Assembly (NCBI RefSeq): GCF_030028105.1
Contig: NC_092376.1
Coordinates: 132,244,230 to 132,308,229 of the forward strand
DNA: 64,000 nt
Direction: 5' to 3'
DNA from: Mobula birostris
Taxonomy: Eukaryota
Made by a program: the position numbers and the translations under genes. Positions 12,572 to 26,581 of the stretch are shown piece by piece. The stretch's first letter is position 1; every line of letters starts with the position of its first letter. Under the pieces are notes generated by a model. That model made no database searches, was not told the DNA's origin, and saw nothing but the letters and a program-made list of their open reading frames with translations.

Positions 12572-13375
12572 CACTCAGTGTGTTTTTTATGTACTGCCTG
12601 TTCTCTAGGCTATCAGACTACTGAATTCCCTGCCACCACACGGGTATCATCAAGTATGAAGTGACAGTATCATTATACTGCTTACATTTTTATTTGTGTC
12701 ATAAACACACCTGATTATTTTATTAATGCATTTGTGGTAATATTACTTAGTGTTGTGTGTGTGTGAGTTATATGTACTGTGTTGTGCACCTTGGTCCGGA
12801 GAAATGTCGTTTGGTGGGAAATGTGTGTAAGGTTGAATGACAATAAACTGAACTTGTACCTAATGTTTGTACTCTTCTGCAGCCAAAACTCATCCATTGC
12901 AAGTTTCAACATGTTGGGTATTCAGAGGTGCTCTTCTGCACACCACTATTCTAACGTGTGGTTATTTGAGTTACTGTTCCCTTCCCGTCAGCTTCAACCA
13001 GTCTGACCATTTTTCTCACTCTCGCTCTCTCATTAACAAGGCTTTTTTGCCCACTGAACCTGTGGTCACAAGATTTTCTTTTGTTTTTTTCACCATTCCC
13101 TATAGACAGTAGAGTCTGTTTTGTGTGAAAATCCCAGGAGTTCAGCAGTTTGAGAGGTACTCAACCCACCCCATCTGGCACCGATAATCATTCCTCAGTC
13201 AGCCACTTCAATCACACTCCTTCCCCATTCTGATGTTTGGACTGAGCAAAAACTGAACCTCTTGACCATGCCCATGCACTTTTATGCTTTGAGTTGTTGC
13301 CACATGATTGGCTGATTAGGTCTTTTCGTTAATGAGCAGGTGTACAGGTGTACCTAATAAAGTGCCTACTAGGTG
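12572..13375. mobile_element. Tc1-derived non-autonomous DNA element containing a nested LINE 3' tail (~12605-12860)
   Basis: Degenerate TIRs TA|CACTCAGTG... and ...AATAAAGTGCCTACTAGGTG|TA with TA flanks. Confidence 0.65.
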
Positions 13376-14064
13376 TATATTGAAAACATGCTATCTGACT
13401 TATAAATGGACATGGAGTATAAAGAATAAAATAGTAATGGAATAGAGCAGGGGCTCTATCTATTGTCAAGCATTAAATACAAGCCAATCATGTTACCGTT
13501 GAACATCTGAGACAGTATAAACACATAACTCTCAACCAGTTGGTTCTATGTCATCATTTTTCAGAGCTCTCTGATGAGTCCCTTTCCTAGTGTCTTCATC
13601 AGTATTGCTGTGTTTTACCCCCTTTTAATTTAATTTTCATTTCAGAGTTACTGGGAAATATTTTTCTTTCATGTATCAGATTTCAGATCAAAAACATGTA
13701 TTAAAAAAAAGTCCCCCATCTCCTAGTGTTGCCATAATAAACTCAATCCACAAGGTTCCCATCTATTTTCTGCACTCAAGCAGCTCAGGGAAACTGTACT
13801 GCTCAATAGAAGGAGAAACAAGAAATTTAGTGGATACACAGGAGAACAAAAAGCACCAAAATGGCCCATAGAGGCCACAATCCACAGAGAAACAGGCACT
13901 ATCCCATCAGAGAATCATTATCCTGCATTTTTTTTTTTTATTTTATTCAAGGGAAACACTGAGTGCATGCTCCCTCCAACAACTGGCGTTGCCAAACTCT
14001 GAAATCCCACAACGTATTGAATGAATGATTCTAAGTCGATGTTTGTTTACGATTTTAAAAAAGT

Positions 14065-14540
14065 AGCTTACTCCATTTATCTTGCTTGCATGTACTGTGA
14101 TGGCCTGAACATTGCTTTCCCCATTGGGTATTTTTTTCCTTCCTTTTTCTTTTCTCCTCCCCATTTCCTCCTCTTCGATTCTCACTCTGACCTCTTACCT
14201 CTTCACTTCATCTGCCTCCTGTCACTTACCCCTGGGTTCCCTCCTCCTTCCTTTTCTCCTATGATCCACTCTCCTGTCATATCAGATTCTTTCTTCTCTA
14301 GCCCTTTATCTGTCCCACCCAACTGGCTTCACCTATCACCTTCCAGATTATCCTCTATTCCCTCCCCTCTCCTTTTTATGCTAGCACCATCCCCCTTCTT
14401 TTCCAATTCTGAAGAAGGGTCTCAGCCAACACACGACTCTTAATTAATTTCCATAAATGCTGCCTGACCTGCTGAGTTCCTCCAGTATTTTCTGTGTGTT
14501 GCTCTGGAATTCCATCACCTGCAGAATCTCTTGTGTTTAT
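14065..14540 (+). mobile_element. Penelope-like element 3' fragment, degenerate
   Basis: Pyrimidine-rich 3' region and terminus (CTGAAGAAGGGTCTCAGCC...GCTGCCTGACCTGCTGAGTTCCTCCAG) are homologous to the copies at 31271 and 35905. Confidence 0.8.
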
Positions 14541-14737
14541 GTTTGTTGATAAAAATTAAGGGAAATAATAATCATATTATTATTATAATCATATGATAAT
14601 AATAGTCATTATTATCCCTGCTTGTCAGCCAATTACAATGAAGGAAAATACTACATGAAACAGAAAGCTCATTGCAATAATATGAAAAGTTTAAGTGGTA
14701 CATTAAGCGGTGGATATTGCTAATTGGCTTCGGACAA

Positions 14738-15115
14738 GAGATTAGATAGATACTTTATAGATCCCAAAGGAAGTTACAGTATCACAGTAGCATTACAAGT
14801 ACACAGATATACAAATATTAGAGGAGAAGTAAGAAAGAATTAAAAAAACATGTTACCTCAAACAGTCTAATAGGAGAGGGTCATCACTTCCCTAGCTATA
14901 CGTTGACTCACTATAGAGCCTAATAACCCAGAGTAAGAATAACCTCATATCGTGTTCTTTGGAGCAGTGCAGTTGTCTTAGTCTATTAATAAAAGTGCTT
15001 CTCTGTTTAGTCAAGATGGCATGCAGAGGGTGACAAACACTCTTAGGAATTTCTGTAGGGTCTGTTGTTCTGCCACAGCTTCCAGTGTGCCCAGTTTGAC
15101 TCCTATAACAGAGCA
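14738..15115 (-). mobile_element. Rex1-like LINE 3' end
   Basis: HPLHAILTKQRSTFINRLRQLHCSKEH...RLY C-terminus and a (TCTA)-like tail at ~14740. Confidence 0.7.
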
Positions 15116-15642
15116 GAGTCAGATAATGGGGTTGTAAGATATACAAGTATTTTATAATGCACCACATGCAATAGTCCATTAGTTATATCCTGGAGATTCT
15201 AGAGTGCTTTGTTCTTGTTTAGGAACTGTATTTATACAAATATTGTTGGTGTGGAAGTTAAGAAAGCCAGTAACCTCCAGTATCATTTACTGTGGCTTGT
15301 AATGGCTTGATAGCCTTGTATCAGCCACCATGCTATACTCTGTTATGTAAAACCCTCTGTCTTGTAGGTTATAGAGTCACAGAACACTGCAGCACAGAAA
15401 GTTGTGCTTATCATTGATCCTCCTCTCCTTTTCTTGCCCCACTATAGCAAAGCTTAAATTAAGTCCACTGAAGAACCTCTCTGACCAGTACTTCATACAC
15501 TTTTGAGATATTACTTTCTTGTGAGGATTAAGGGTCAAGAAGCTTTAACAAGGTAGCTGGGAAAAAAAAGTTATTTTCCCTACCTGGTGACTTGATTATC
15601 CAGCATAACATCAAATCATAAAGGAAGAGCTGAAGAAATTAA

Positions 15643-16020
15643 GACCAAAAGACATAGGAGCAAATTTATGCCAATTAGACCATGACTTTTGCTCCACTAT
15701 TTGATCATGGCTGATTTATTATTCCCTCTCAACCCCATTGTCCTCCCTTCTCCCTGTATCCTTTGACAACCTTTCAACCTCCGCTTCAACTATACCCAAT
15801 GACTTGGCTGCCATAGCTATTTGTGGTAATGAATTCCACAGATTCACACCCTTTGGCTAAAGAAATTCTGACTCATCTCTGTTCTAAAGTAACAACAGTG
15901 AGACTCTCCCACTGTTGGAAACATCTCCCACATGTCCATTCCATGCAGCCTTTTGATTTTCAGTAGTTTTCAATGAGATCCCTGCTCCTCCTACTGAACT
16001 CTGCCAAGTACAGGCCCAAT
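15643..16020 (-). mobile_element. CR1 LINE 3' end
   Basis: Tail AGACCA.AAGACATAGGAGCA and ATCATGGCTGATTTATT are shared with other CR1 ends in the window. Confidence 0.85.
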
Positions 16021-16745
16021 CTTGTATTCACCATTCCTCATCTCAACTTTGTTGTTGCCAGAAATTAAATTCATAACCTTTCCTAAACTTTGTCTATTTT
16101 TTTTATTCTGGAGAATCCAATAACCTCTCCTTCCCTTTTCCTTTTTACTTCATGTATATTTTTCCTATAGATTAAGCCTACTCCCTGCTATTTAGCTGGA
16201 GATTTTAGAATGGAGCTGATAGATGAAGGAAACTCATTAACTTAGCTTGCAGGCATTCAAATCTGGCACTGCAGTGATCATATCCCGTTGTTTTCACAGT
16301 TAGGTTTCCCAGAGTCAAAGGATATGAAAGATGACCCTAAATGAGAAGGCATTGGGAATGTCCAAAACCCCATGAGTTCCAACACAGAAACAACACTTGA
16401 GTACAACGCTCTTTCACCCAGAATTTCCTTTAAACTTTAGAAGTGAGTGAAGAAAACCATGAGGCAGCTGTTAAAATGTTCTATTTGTTCATTTAAAAAA
16501 AATTGTTTAACAGTGAAAACTTGAACATCATGCAGTTGATTTTCCAGGCAGTCTCTCTCATTATTTAATTTTGTATCAGTGCTTTCAGCAGTCTTTGAAT
16601 ATCTTAAGAAGTTTTTAAATGTATTTATTGTTCTTTGAGTTTGTATTTGTGGCCTCCTGAGCTGCCATTTTCTTTTCCTGTTTTTCTATTTATCATCCCA
16701 TTCTTACTTTGATCTTTTGCATTGTTACACTTCATCATCCATGAA

Positions 16746-18205
16746 CAGTGCCTTGTAAAAGTGTTCAGCCCCCAACTCCTTGTTCACATAAATGAGCATT
16801 ATTACCAGGGATTTTAATCCATTTGACTGAGAATTTGTGAATCACATGCTCTTTTTTTTCACAGTAAAGCTAAAAAAACAAGGAAAATTGTAAAGTATGA
16901 AATACTGATATATCAGTAGTTCAAAAGTATTCATCGTCCTTTGCTCAGTACTGAGTTGAACCTCCACTTGCAGCTATTCTTTCTGGAAAAGCAATGTGAT
17001 GGAGTGATATTTGCCCATTTTCCTTACAAAATTGCTCAAGCTGTGCCAGGTTAGTTAGTGAGCAACCTTGAGGTCATGCCAGAGATGTTCGATTGGGTTA
17101 AGGTCAGAACTCTGACTGGGACACTCAGTGACATCCATTTTCTTCATTTGACGTCACTCCATGGTAGCTCTGGCAGTGTGCTTTGGGTCATCGTGCTGCT
17201 GAAAGTCAAACTTCCTCCCTAGTTTAAGCTTTGTGGCAGAAGCTAGCAAGTTTCTATGTAGGATCTCTCTGTATTTAGCTGTATTTGTCTTCCCATCAAT
17301 CCTGACCAGATTCCCAGTCCCTACTGCTGAACAGGATTCCCATAGCATGATGCTATCTCCACTATCTCCACACCATCCAGTGGGGATGGTGTTACCTAGC
17401 TGATGTGCAGTATTAGATTTATACCATATGTACTGCTTTAGTGTTGAGGCTAAAAAGTTCCACGTTATTCTCATCTGACCACAAGACCACCTTCTACATG
17501 GTTACAGTATATGCTAAGTGATGCTTTGCAAAGTATTTACGGGGTTCTTCCTTGCCACTCTTCCATGAATACCCTTTTTGTGCAAGGCCTTAGAGATTGT
17601 GGACCCACAAACTTCATCTCCAGTTGCAGCCACTGACTCCTGTAGCTCATTCAGACTGAGTGTTGACATCACAGTAGCCTCCCTTGTGTTGGTCTTCTTT
17701 GGTGACTAAGTTTAGAGGGGCAGCCTGGCCTAGGCAGTGTGGCTGTGATTTGTGACAGAGAATTAAAAATATGAAATCACAGCCACATTTCCTAGATCAG
17801 GCTGCCTTTCATCACTGGAGAAGAATGACACTTGTGAGAGAGGTATATTCAGTGCCTTTGAGATAGTCTTATACCTTTTTGCAGATTAGTGCTTCTCTAT
17901 CATCATTTCCCTGACTTTCCTTGAATGTTCTTTTGTCTTCATTTTGGCTTAGTCTGTTGAAAATCTACTGTACTGTTGGACCTTACAGAAAGAGAAGTAC
18001 TTATTCTTATGAATTCGTTGAGAACAAGTGATTCTCCAGTTTTCTACATCAACAAATTGGGTGAGTTAGTAAGGTAATATACAGTATTGCACCTGGGGAA
18101 AGTTAGCGTGGTAATTAAAATGGGGAATAATACTTCTTCAGCCTCAGTTTTGGTTTTTAATTCTTAGTAAATTGTTCAGAGATTTTGGAATTTTTGATTT
18201 GACAA
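16746..18205 (-). mobile_element. Tc1-family DNA transposon, degenerate, distal TIR incomplete
   Basis: TIR CAGTGCCTTGTAAAAGT at 16746. The transposase ORF 17154..17474 contains GDSIMLW...GTGNLVRIDG...FQQHDDPKHTA. Confidence 0.88.
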
Positions 18206-18324
18206 ATCCTTTTTCAATATATTCCAAATTTAGAAAATGGGACAGTAAAAGGTGAAAATAGCTGTGGAGGCTAAGTACTTTTTCAAGACACTAAATACAC
18301 AGGGCAGGACTCTCCAGATCTCCA

Positions 18325-18550
18325 ATAGAGACATGAGAGTCTGAAGATATTGGAATCTGAAGCAAGAAACAACCAGCTGGAGAACCTCACTGAATTCCTG
18401 TGTCCCCATTCTCCTTTTCTTCTTTATGCTGTCCATTTGCCCTCACACTCTCTGTCCTGATGCAGGGTTTCATCACAAAAAATTGACAGCTGTTTTGTGC
18501 TCACAGTGCTGTTCGACTAGCTGAGTTCCTCCACCAGATTGTTCATTGCA
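18325..18550. mobile_element. Penelope-derived foldback, old
   Basis: Arms CTGGAGAACCTCA / TGAGTTCCTCCA, with the hammerhead remnant CCTGATGCAGGG. Confidence 0.6.
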
Positions 18551-18757
18551 GCAAGTTCCCCGGTCTTGGGTAACCTGCTTTTTCTTACACTTAGCATTTT
18601 GTTGTTTTTTCAGTTCAGTCAATACAACACTCCCCTGACTATAAATACCTCATACAACCAAAAAAACTTAATGTCATCTTAATTGCCCCAATATTTTACC
18701 TGTTGCCTTCTCTGACCTTCTCAGCTACCTAGACTATCTTGTTTCATTTTCTTAATA

Positions 18758-19503
18758 AAGTTCAAAGTAAATTTATTATCAAAGTGTAAATGCCACCATA
18801 TGCAAACCTGAAATTCATCTTCTTGCAGGCATTCATAGTAAATACAAGAAACACAATAGAATCAATGAAAGACCATTCCCAATGGGAAAGACAAACAATG
18901 AATATGCAAAAGACAAACTGTGCAAATACAAAAATAAATAGAAAGTAGAAATAACAATAATAAATAGACAATAAATCTCAGGAACAGATCTCAGGCAGTC
19001 CTTGAAAGTGAATCTATAGGTTGTGAGAACAGTTCAGTGATGAGGTGGGTGAAGTTTTCTCCTCTGATTCAAGAGCCTGATAGTTGAGGAGTAATAACTG
19101 TTCTTGAACTTGGTGGTACAAGTACTCAAGCTCCTATACTTCCATCCTGATATCAGCAGTGAGATAAGAGCATGACCTGGATGGTGGGGGTCCTTGAAAA
19201 TGGATGCTGCTTTCTTGCAACAACAGTCCATGTAGATGTACTCAGTGGAGGATCAGGCTTTACCCATGATGGACAGGGCTGCATCCGGTACTTTTTGTAG
19301 GACTTTCCATTTAAGGTTTTTGGTGTTTCCATGCCAGATTGTGATTCAGCCTTTCAATATACTCTCCACCACACAATTATGGAAGTTTGTCGAAGGCATA
19401 GATGACATGCCAAATCTTCGCAAACTCCTAAAGAAGTAGAGGAACTACCCTTCTTTCTTCGTAATGGCATCTGCGTGCTGGACCCGGGTCATATCATCTG
19501 AAA
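18758..19503 (-). mobile_element. Rex1/Babar-type LINE 3' fragment
   Basis: KKAASIFKDPHHPGHALISLL.SG...FKNSYYSSTIRLLN and the tail TTTACTTTGAACTTT. Confidence 0.85.
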
Positions 19504-22500
19504 TGAAGGTGAATGGACCAGAACCTGAAACATTAACTGTTTCCCTTTCCACAGAACTTGCCTAATCTGCTGGATGTTTCCAGCATTTACTGCTTTTCGT
19601 TATGTGATTACTTCTTTATACCCCAAAGGCAGTCATTATTTACAGACGTAGCTTTATCCAGGTTGGAAAACAAAACAAAATCTATGGAAAATTGTGACAA
19701 CATACAAATAGTTAGTGAATTTGTTCATATCTCCAATGTAACATGAATGGAAGAAAATGAATAATTTCTGTAGGAGTATAAAAATGCACTTAATGTTTCA
19801 AATATAACGAGAAAAGCAAATTAAGCAATTTGTTTTTCAAGCTATTAAAATACAAGTTTTTGATATATGCCAGATATATTCCTTAGACAATTACCTTTTG
19901 CCGAAGTAATACCATGAGGCCAAAGGGGAATATATATTTTATTTCAATAGAAAATTAAAAAGCAGTCTATTGCATTTGCTTGAAGAACTTACAGAGTTAT
20001 TATGCAGTTATTGTTTAGTATGAGAAAGTGAAAAAGATGTCATCAAGCCATGAAAGGAAAATGACGTATAGTGTAAAACTCTCACTGAAGTGTTTTCTCA
20101 TTTACATAGATGCAGTATATAAGAGAAATTGCTGAAATATTTTCTTCAAATTGAAAATTCTCAGCCAATCATCTCAGGCACACTTGACTGTTATCCAGCT
20201 AGAATCTTATTTAAAAATTATTCACTGTATTACATGTACTATAAATAAAATACACATTTATATAATTTGACAAAGAATCATGAACAATTACCATAAATCA
20301 TGTAGGCTATTTATTCTATCCAACTGGTGGAAATGTTTTTTCTCCATATTTTCCACAATAGCCTCTCTCAGGAACTTATGGAGCATCTTTTAATGTACAT
20401 CTTTTTCAAGTTCAGTATCTAAGAAAACAAAATAGTAAAGCGTAAAGATCAAATGGAGATCTTAGCCACAGTCTTGGCTCAAAATCTACTTTAACTCCCA
20501 GACTTCATTAATGTTTGAAGGACAAGCTAGCTTCTCCATCAGCTGCAAAATTGGGCAGCCAGCCCACCTGACAATCTGATTTTGAAAAGCGCTGACCATA
20601 CCACCCTGAGGCAGATGCTGTGGGACTTAGAGATGCTATCAAAATAAACGCTGATATTTCAACTTTGTTCCATAATTCCCCAAATTAATGAATAATCTAC
20701 TAACTCTTACATCTCAAATCAATGTTCCTCACATGTAACAATTAAACCTTTTGTGTTAGACAGAGAATGAGATTATCATGACAGAGTTTTGTGCCTAAAA
20801 ATTAGTTTTCACACCCTACAATGTCATTGTTCTTCACTCCAATTCTCCAAAGGGCCATATATTAAAAAAGTAAAAATAGGATAAGATTCAACATAAAATA
20901 TCATTAAGATGACTTATACTCCAATAATGTGTAAGTTTTGATAGAATCAAATTTTGCATGGTGAGGTAAACAAGAAAGTGAATCAGCCCAATCTCTACGG
21001 GACATACATCTCAGAATGATGTATTTTATCTGGAGTGAGTGTTACTTATATGGTAATATAGGGTCATTTTATCAAGTTATTTAAATATTGTATTCAGGAT
21101 TGGTTCACTATAAAAGATGAAATGCAGGTGGACCTACATAATTTGAGTATGAGGCAATTTTGACTTATCTGGGCTCCCCTAGCTGATTATTGATAAAGCA
21201 TGTGGGCATATGAGGTGGAAAAGTCTTGCTTTGGGAAATATAATCTTACACACCCCTTATTAATTTTTTTTGTCTTTTAGAGAATCACTTAAATCTTGTA
21301 CTAAGAGTGCCGGTCTCCTCAACTCAGCTTGGGATGAGCAGAGACATCCCCTGGGTTGATTCCAACTTCCTCCCGCTCATGGTTTGTATACAATCACTGC
21401 ACAAGTTTAATTTTATAACATTTGGCATGAGTGAAAGATTAGATCCTCAAAAATAGATCACACCACTTATCCATCCCTGAGAATTCCAAACATGGCTTAA
21501 GAGATGGAGATTTCTGGACTTTATTTTCTGGGTACCTCCATGCATGACGCACAGTTTCATAGAGGAATCTAAAATAAAAATCAGGGCCATTTTAATCTTT
21601 GTTCTAAGTTATTGTTTTATTTTTCTTTTTATGCACATCCATATTGTACATGTACAAAAATCCATATTGTATTTTTTTGGTAGAAGTTATTTCAATTTTC
21701 ATCATAGGCTTACAATGCTATGCTTCTTGTGATACTTCCAGCTCTGTATCCTCTCAAAAGTTCCAGTCAAATTTTGCTTCAAGTCAAAGAAAAGAATCTA
21801 TGGAATTCCCTCTAATAACATATTATTACATACTACTTTAAGTGTTACATTATATAATTAAATTAGGGGACAATGAGGTGAGAAAATACATGAGCATTAG
21901 ATACTCAGGCCTTAACGTAGACTTGGGCCCAATAACATTCTTTACGACAGTGACAAAGACATATCATTGAGTCATTTCTTGAGGCAACCCGTTCTATGAG
22001 AGCAATTGTACATTTCTGGCAGCTACCCAACAGTCAAGGTGAAATTTCACCCTATGAAAAAAGTCCACCTTAATCTAATGATCCCCTCCTAAGGACTGAC
22101 AATAGAAAAATATCAAATGTTCAACAATAGCACAATAAATGATCTTCATGGGCTATAATTCTCGCCCATTCTTTGTTTTGTTTTCTGCCGGATCCATTCA
22201 GCTCCTGTCAAAAACACAACCTTGATCTGGACACGCGTGCAAACACTGACTGGCTGAAAAGCTGAATTCAACTTCAAGGCAGCATTGAACTGAGTATGAA
22301 TCAAAGACCTCTCTCAAACAGGTCAATGAGGGTTGATGGTTGCAGTCAGGCATGCTACTAGTGAATACAGTGGGCTCTGCTATTTGCTTTTCACAATGTT
22401 TCTTGTAACATTCTCCTGTTCCTTCTGGAAAGCAGCTATTTTATATAACAATAAAAACCTAAATGGAAAGAGAAACTAATATTGAAAACGTGGGATTAGC

Positions 22501-23196
22501 CTGAATAGGTTATTTTTTGTCAACGTGGCCAAGAAGGATTAAATAGCTTGCTTTTTCTCTGTAGCAAATGTCAGCAATTTAGTAATTCCATGAAATCAAT
22601 TTATAAGTTGCATTTAAAATGTTTTTAATGTACAGTTTAAAACCAAGTTACAAGTTCACAAATAAAATAAGATTCAGGTAATGAAACCTACATCAATCTG
22701 TTTCCCTTTTTTAAAAAAAATGCTAATCAGCATTTCCTGCAGGGTATGCCACCAGTACTCACATCGCAGTGGGATAGCATGGCAGGAAGCTCACCCACAT
22801 GGAGTTCATTGCTTTTATCACTTGCATAATGTGAAGTGTACTGTACTTTCCTGAACAGCAAGTCAAAGAATCCAACCGGTGTCATGAAAACAAAATAATC
22901 TTCTTTGTGTTTTCAACGTTCTAGTGGGATGGGCAGTCTTAGCAAGGTATTTAGCAAAGCTGCCTAATACTTATAGAGAAGATGGTGGTGAAATACTGCC
23001 TTCCATGTGGTAGAGCTAGTTCTGCAGTGTTTTGTGGAAAGGACATTCAGAAGTTAATTCCAACATCAGTAAAGCAATGATAATATATATCTCGGTTAGA
23101 ATGGTGTGTGACTTGGAGAGGAGCCTGCAAGTGGTGGTACTTTTCTGTCCTTTAGCTTCTATGAGGATCAGTGCCTGAGAGATCCTTATACAAAAG

Positions 23197-24070
23197 AGTC
23201 ATAGAATAATGCAACACAGGAACAGGCCCTTCAGCCCTAAATAACTGTGCTGTGCAATATGCCATAATAAACTAACTCCTCCTGATTGCAGAGGATCCAA
23301 ATCCCTGGGAACACATTCTAGGTACCTACCAGTCAGTGATTTAAAAAAAAAAATTCCCTTCAAACTGACCTTCCTCATCTTAAAACTATAACCTCTAGTA
23401 GTTGATATTTCTACCCTGGGAAAAAAATGATTCTGACTGTTTATTCCTCTCAGAATTTTATAAACTTCTATCAGGTCTTCCCCTCAGCTCTTGACGCTCT
23501 AGAGAAAACAATCTAAATTTGTCCAAAATAACTAATACTCTCTAATCCAGGAAGCAAAGGTGGGAAAACGCTTCTGATAACCCTCAAAGGTTCCACATAC
23601 TTCTATAACAGGGTGACCAGGCCGCACACAATAATCCAAATGCAGACTAATCAAAAACATGAGAAAAACTCCTAATGAAGGGTCTCATACACTGGAACTA
23701 GACACTAGACACTAGTCTTGGCCCATAACAACCGTTTACTCTTTTCCATAGATGCTGCCTGGCCTGCTGAGTTCCTCCAGCATTTTCTGGGTGTAGCTGC
23801 AGACCAATCAAAGTTTTATACAACTGCAACATGATTTTCTATTAGAAACAGGCCCTTCGGCCTATCTAATCCATGCCAAACTTTTCTGCCTAGTTCCATC
23901 GGCCTGCACCTGGACGATATCCCTCCATACTCCTTCTATCCGTGTACTTATCGAAATTTCTCTTAAACGTTGAACCAAACCTGGAAACAACACTTCCACT
24001 GGCAGCGTATTCCACACTCTCAGTACCCTCTGAGTGAAGAAGTTTTCTCTCATATTCTCCTTAAACATTT
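23197..24070 (-). mobile_element. Two adjacent CR1 3' fragments, the first interrupted by a Penelope terminus
   Basis: ORF 23862..24068 encodes RENFFTQRVLRVWNTLP. Two ACAGGCCCTTC.GCC tails are present. Confidence 0.8.
23656..23797 (+). mobile_element. Short Penelope-terminus insertion with 15-bp TSD
   Basis: Flanked by TGCAGACTAATCAAA (23641-23655) and TGCAGACCAATCAAA (23798-23812). Confidence 0.8.
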
Positions 24071-24726
24071 AGGATAATAGATGGCATGCCCTGACAAGAC
24101 CTGCTTTGTTGTAGATGGTGTCAAGGTGTTTGAATATTGTTGAAGGTCCACTTATTCAGGCTGTAGATATCAAGATGTGAATTGCTTGCCTGAGGACACC
24201 CAGCCTCTGAGCAGCTCTTGTAACCATGGTTTTTATATGGTTGGTCCATTTTACATTATTGAACATAATCTCCTCAGTGGTCAAGTTGGGAGAATGAGTG
24301 ATTGCAATACCATGAATATTGAAGGAAGATAACTAGATACTCTCCTGTTGAAGACAATTCTCAGTCAATTATCCATGCTTGGGTGTTGAGTAAATCTTGC
24401 TGTTTGCAGGAGGAGACCACTTTGTTTAATGAGTTATGAATAGTAATAGGCATTCATCAACAAATATGCCCATTTGTGACACAGTGGAGTGAAAGTCATG
24501 AAGCAACTGAGGTTAGGTAGATCAAACACATGGATCTGAGGCAGCTGTGAGTGATCTATTTGCGTTGGGACTTTGCACCAGTGAATATTTTGAGTTATCT
24601 GTAAAGGAAGATTGATAAACAGATATCACAGTTTGGAACAGTTGGACATTTAGTCTTGCATATTTTTTCAGTATAATTGCCAAAAATGATTAAACTTTCC
24701 TAATTCAAAGTGAACGGCTGTTTAAC

Positions 24727-25284
24727 TGTAACCCTCAGGTTCTGTTGGCTATGTAAGTCTAGGGAAGACAATCTCTGGCCCTGCCAAATGGGGGAGATTG
24801 AGATGCAAGTCCACCCTTAAACCCCCTGTTTGTGTGGATTCTGTGTGATGTGTTACCTTGTTACAAATCAGTACCACAAAATAACAGACGGTGCACCGCA
24901 TACAAGTAAATGATTTAGCTTTATGATTCTTAATCTGACTACAGGGTTAGTGAAGAAAAAGCAAAAATAGAAAAGGGCCCATTTTAATGAAACAGTCTAA
25001 TGTGCACAAGTTGGTTTTGGAGCTCATGGCTTCCCCTTCAGCGATCCTCCTTCGATCTCCTCGGCCTTGGTCAGGTCATGGCTCCACTCAGGCATCTTCT
25101 TTCTTCATTTCCCGCCGAACAGAAGACCCAGATCACCCTGTTGTCAGGCACACAACACAAAAACACCCTCCTGTCCTTGGACGGCTCACATTCCAAAGCA
25201 CCTGTTATCTCTAACCATAACCCAAACACTGCTTCTACAGAAAGACCATTCCATTAGCACTGAAACCTTTCCCAGGGTGTTACA
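24727..25284. mobile_element. Solo LTR (558 bp), Gypsy-like
   Basis: TGTAAC...GTTACA inverted termini and a perfect 4-bp TSD TAAC (24723-24726 / 25285-25288). Confidence 0.88.
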
Positions 25285-25499
25285 TAACATAAATTGCACA
25301 ATATATCATTTATCACTATGTAAGATGTAAATAAAGAGAGAACTGTTGGATGTCCTATTACTTTCTTTAAACTACCATGTTTTGAAACCTCTTCAGAATG
25401 GTGAGATTTTCTTTGATAAATACTGTTTCAGGCTATGAGTTGTTAATATTTTTTCACAAGAAAAGCTTGAATTTATTCCCACTTAGTGATTTTTAATGA

Positions 25500-26142
25500 T
25501 TGCCTTATTTATCACATGTACATCGAAATATAAGAGTGAAATGCATAGCTTTGCATCAAAGAGCAACACAGACAAAGGATGTGCTGGGGGCAGCCTGCAA
25601 GTGTTGCCATGCTTCCAGCACCAACATTGCAAGTCAATTTACTAACGCGTATGCTTTTGGAATATGGGAAGAGACCGGATCACCAAGATTCATGCAATTA
25701 TGGGGAGAAAGTTTAACGCCTATTTATTATCAAAGTACATACAGTATATGTCACTATATATAGCACTATAAAGTGGGCAATCACAATAAGTACAAGAAAC
25801 ACAATAGAATCAATGAAAGACCACACCCAAGAGGCGGAGGACAGCCAATGGGCAGAAAAACTATGCAAATACAAAAAGAAAATGAAAAAACAAATAACAA
25901 TAATAATATATAAACAATAAATATCAAGAATCTGTGATGAAGAGTCATTTCAGTGATGGGGCAAGTGAAGTTATCCCATCTGGTTCAAGAGCCTGATGCC
26001 TTTTGAGGGGTAATCTCTGTTCCTGAACATGGCGGTGCAAGCTCTTTACAGACAGTGGCAAGAACAGAACCCCAGTTGTTAGCTGAACCCCATTGTAAAA
26101 CATTATGCTGGCTACCAAGTTACCATGCCAGCAAGCTATAAG
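25500..26142 (-). mobile_element. V-type SINE split by a Rex1-like LINE tail (~25711-26035)
   Basis: The SINE body (25500-25710) and tRNA head (26036-26142) are collinear around a tail homologous to 18758-19100. Confidence 0.6.
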
Positions 26143-26581
26143 ATTCAAGGTAAAGACAAGTAAAGGTGTTAGGGTACTCTTTCCAACAGGCAAATTGTGA
26201 TGTGAAAATGTCACCGGGCACTAATCTTGACCCTAGACATGTAATAAGCCCATGCCAGGTTAGCAGTTAATGGATCTAGGGCCCAAGCAAGTCCAGAGAA
26301 ACTTGTCTTTGAATATGCACAAAATCCTGATTCCTAAAAGCAAATCTCAGGTTTACAGTGTTCCTGGTTTCTAAATCTTTCTTTATCATTTTAACATTTT
26401 TGACAGCCCAGCTTGATGAAGGATGATCCAAAAGCCAAATATTTCATGTGCTTGAAATCTGAAAAGAAATGGATAACCCTGGAAACACTCAGGATGTCAA
26501 GCAGCGTCAGTGGAGGATGAAAAGTCAACAACCAGAGTTTTTTTTCTCTCTCTGAGCAGGTTTTGCTTGATTTACAGAGTA

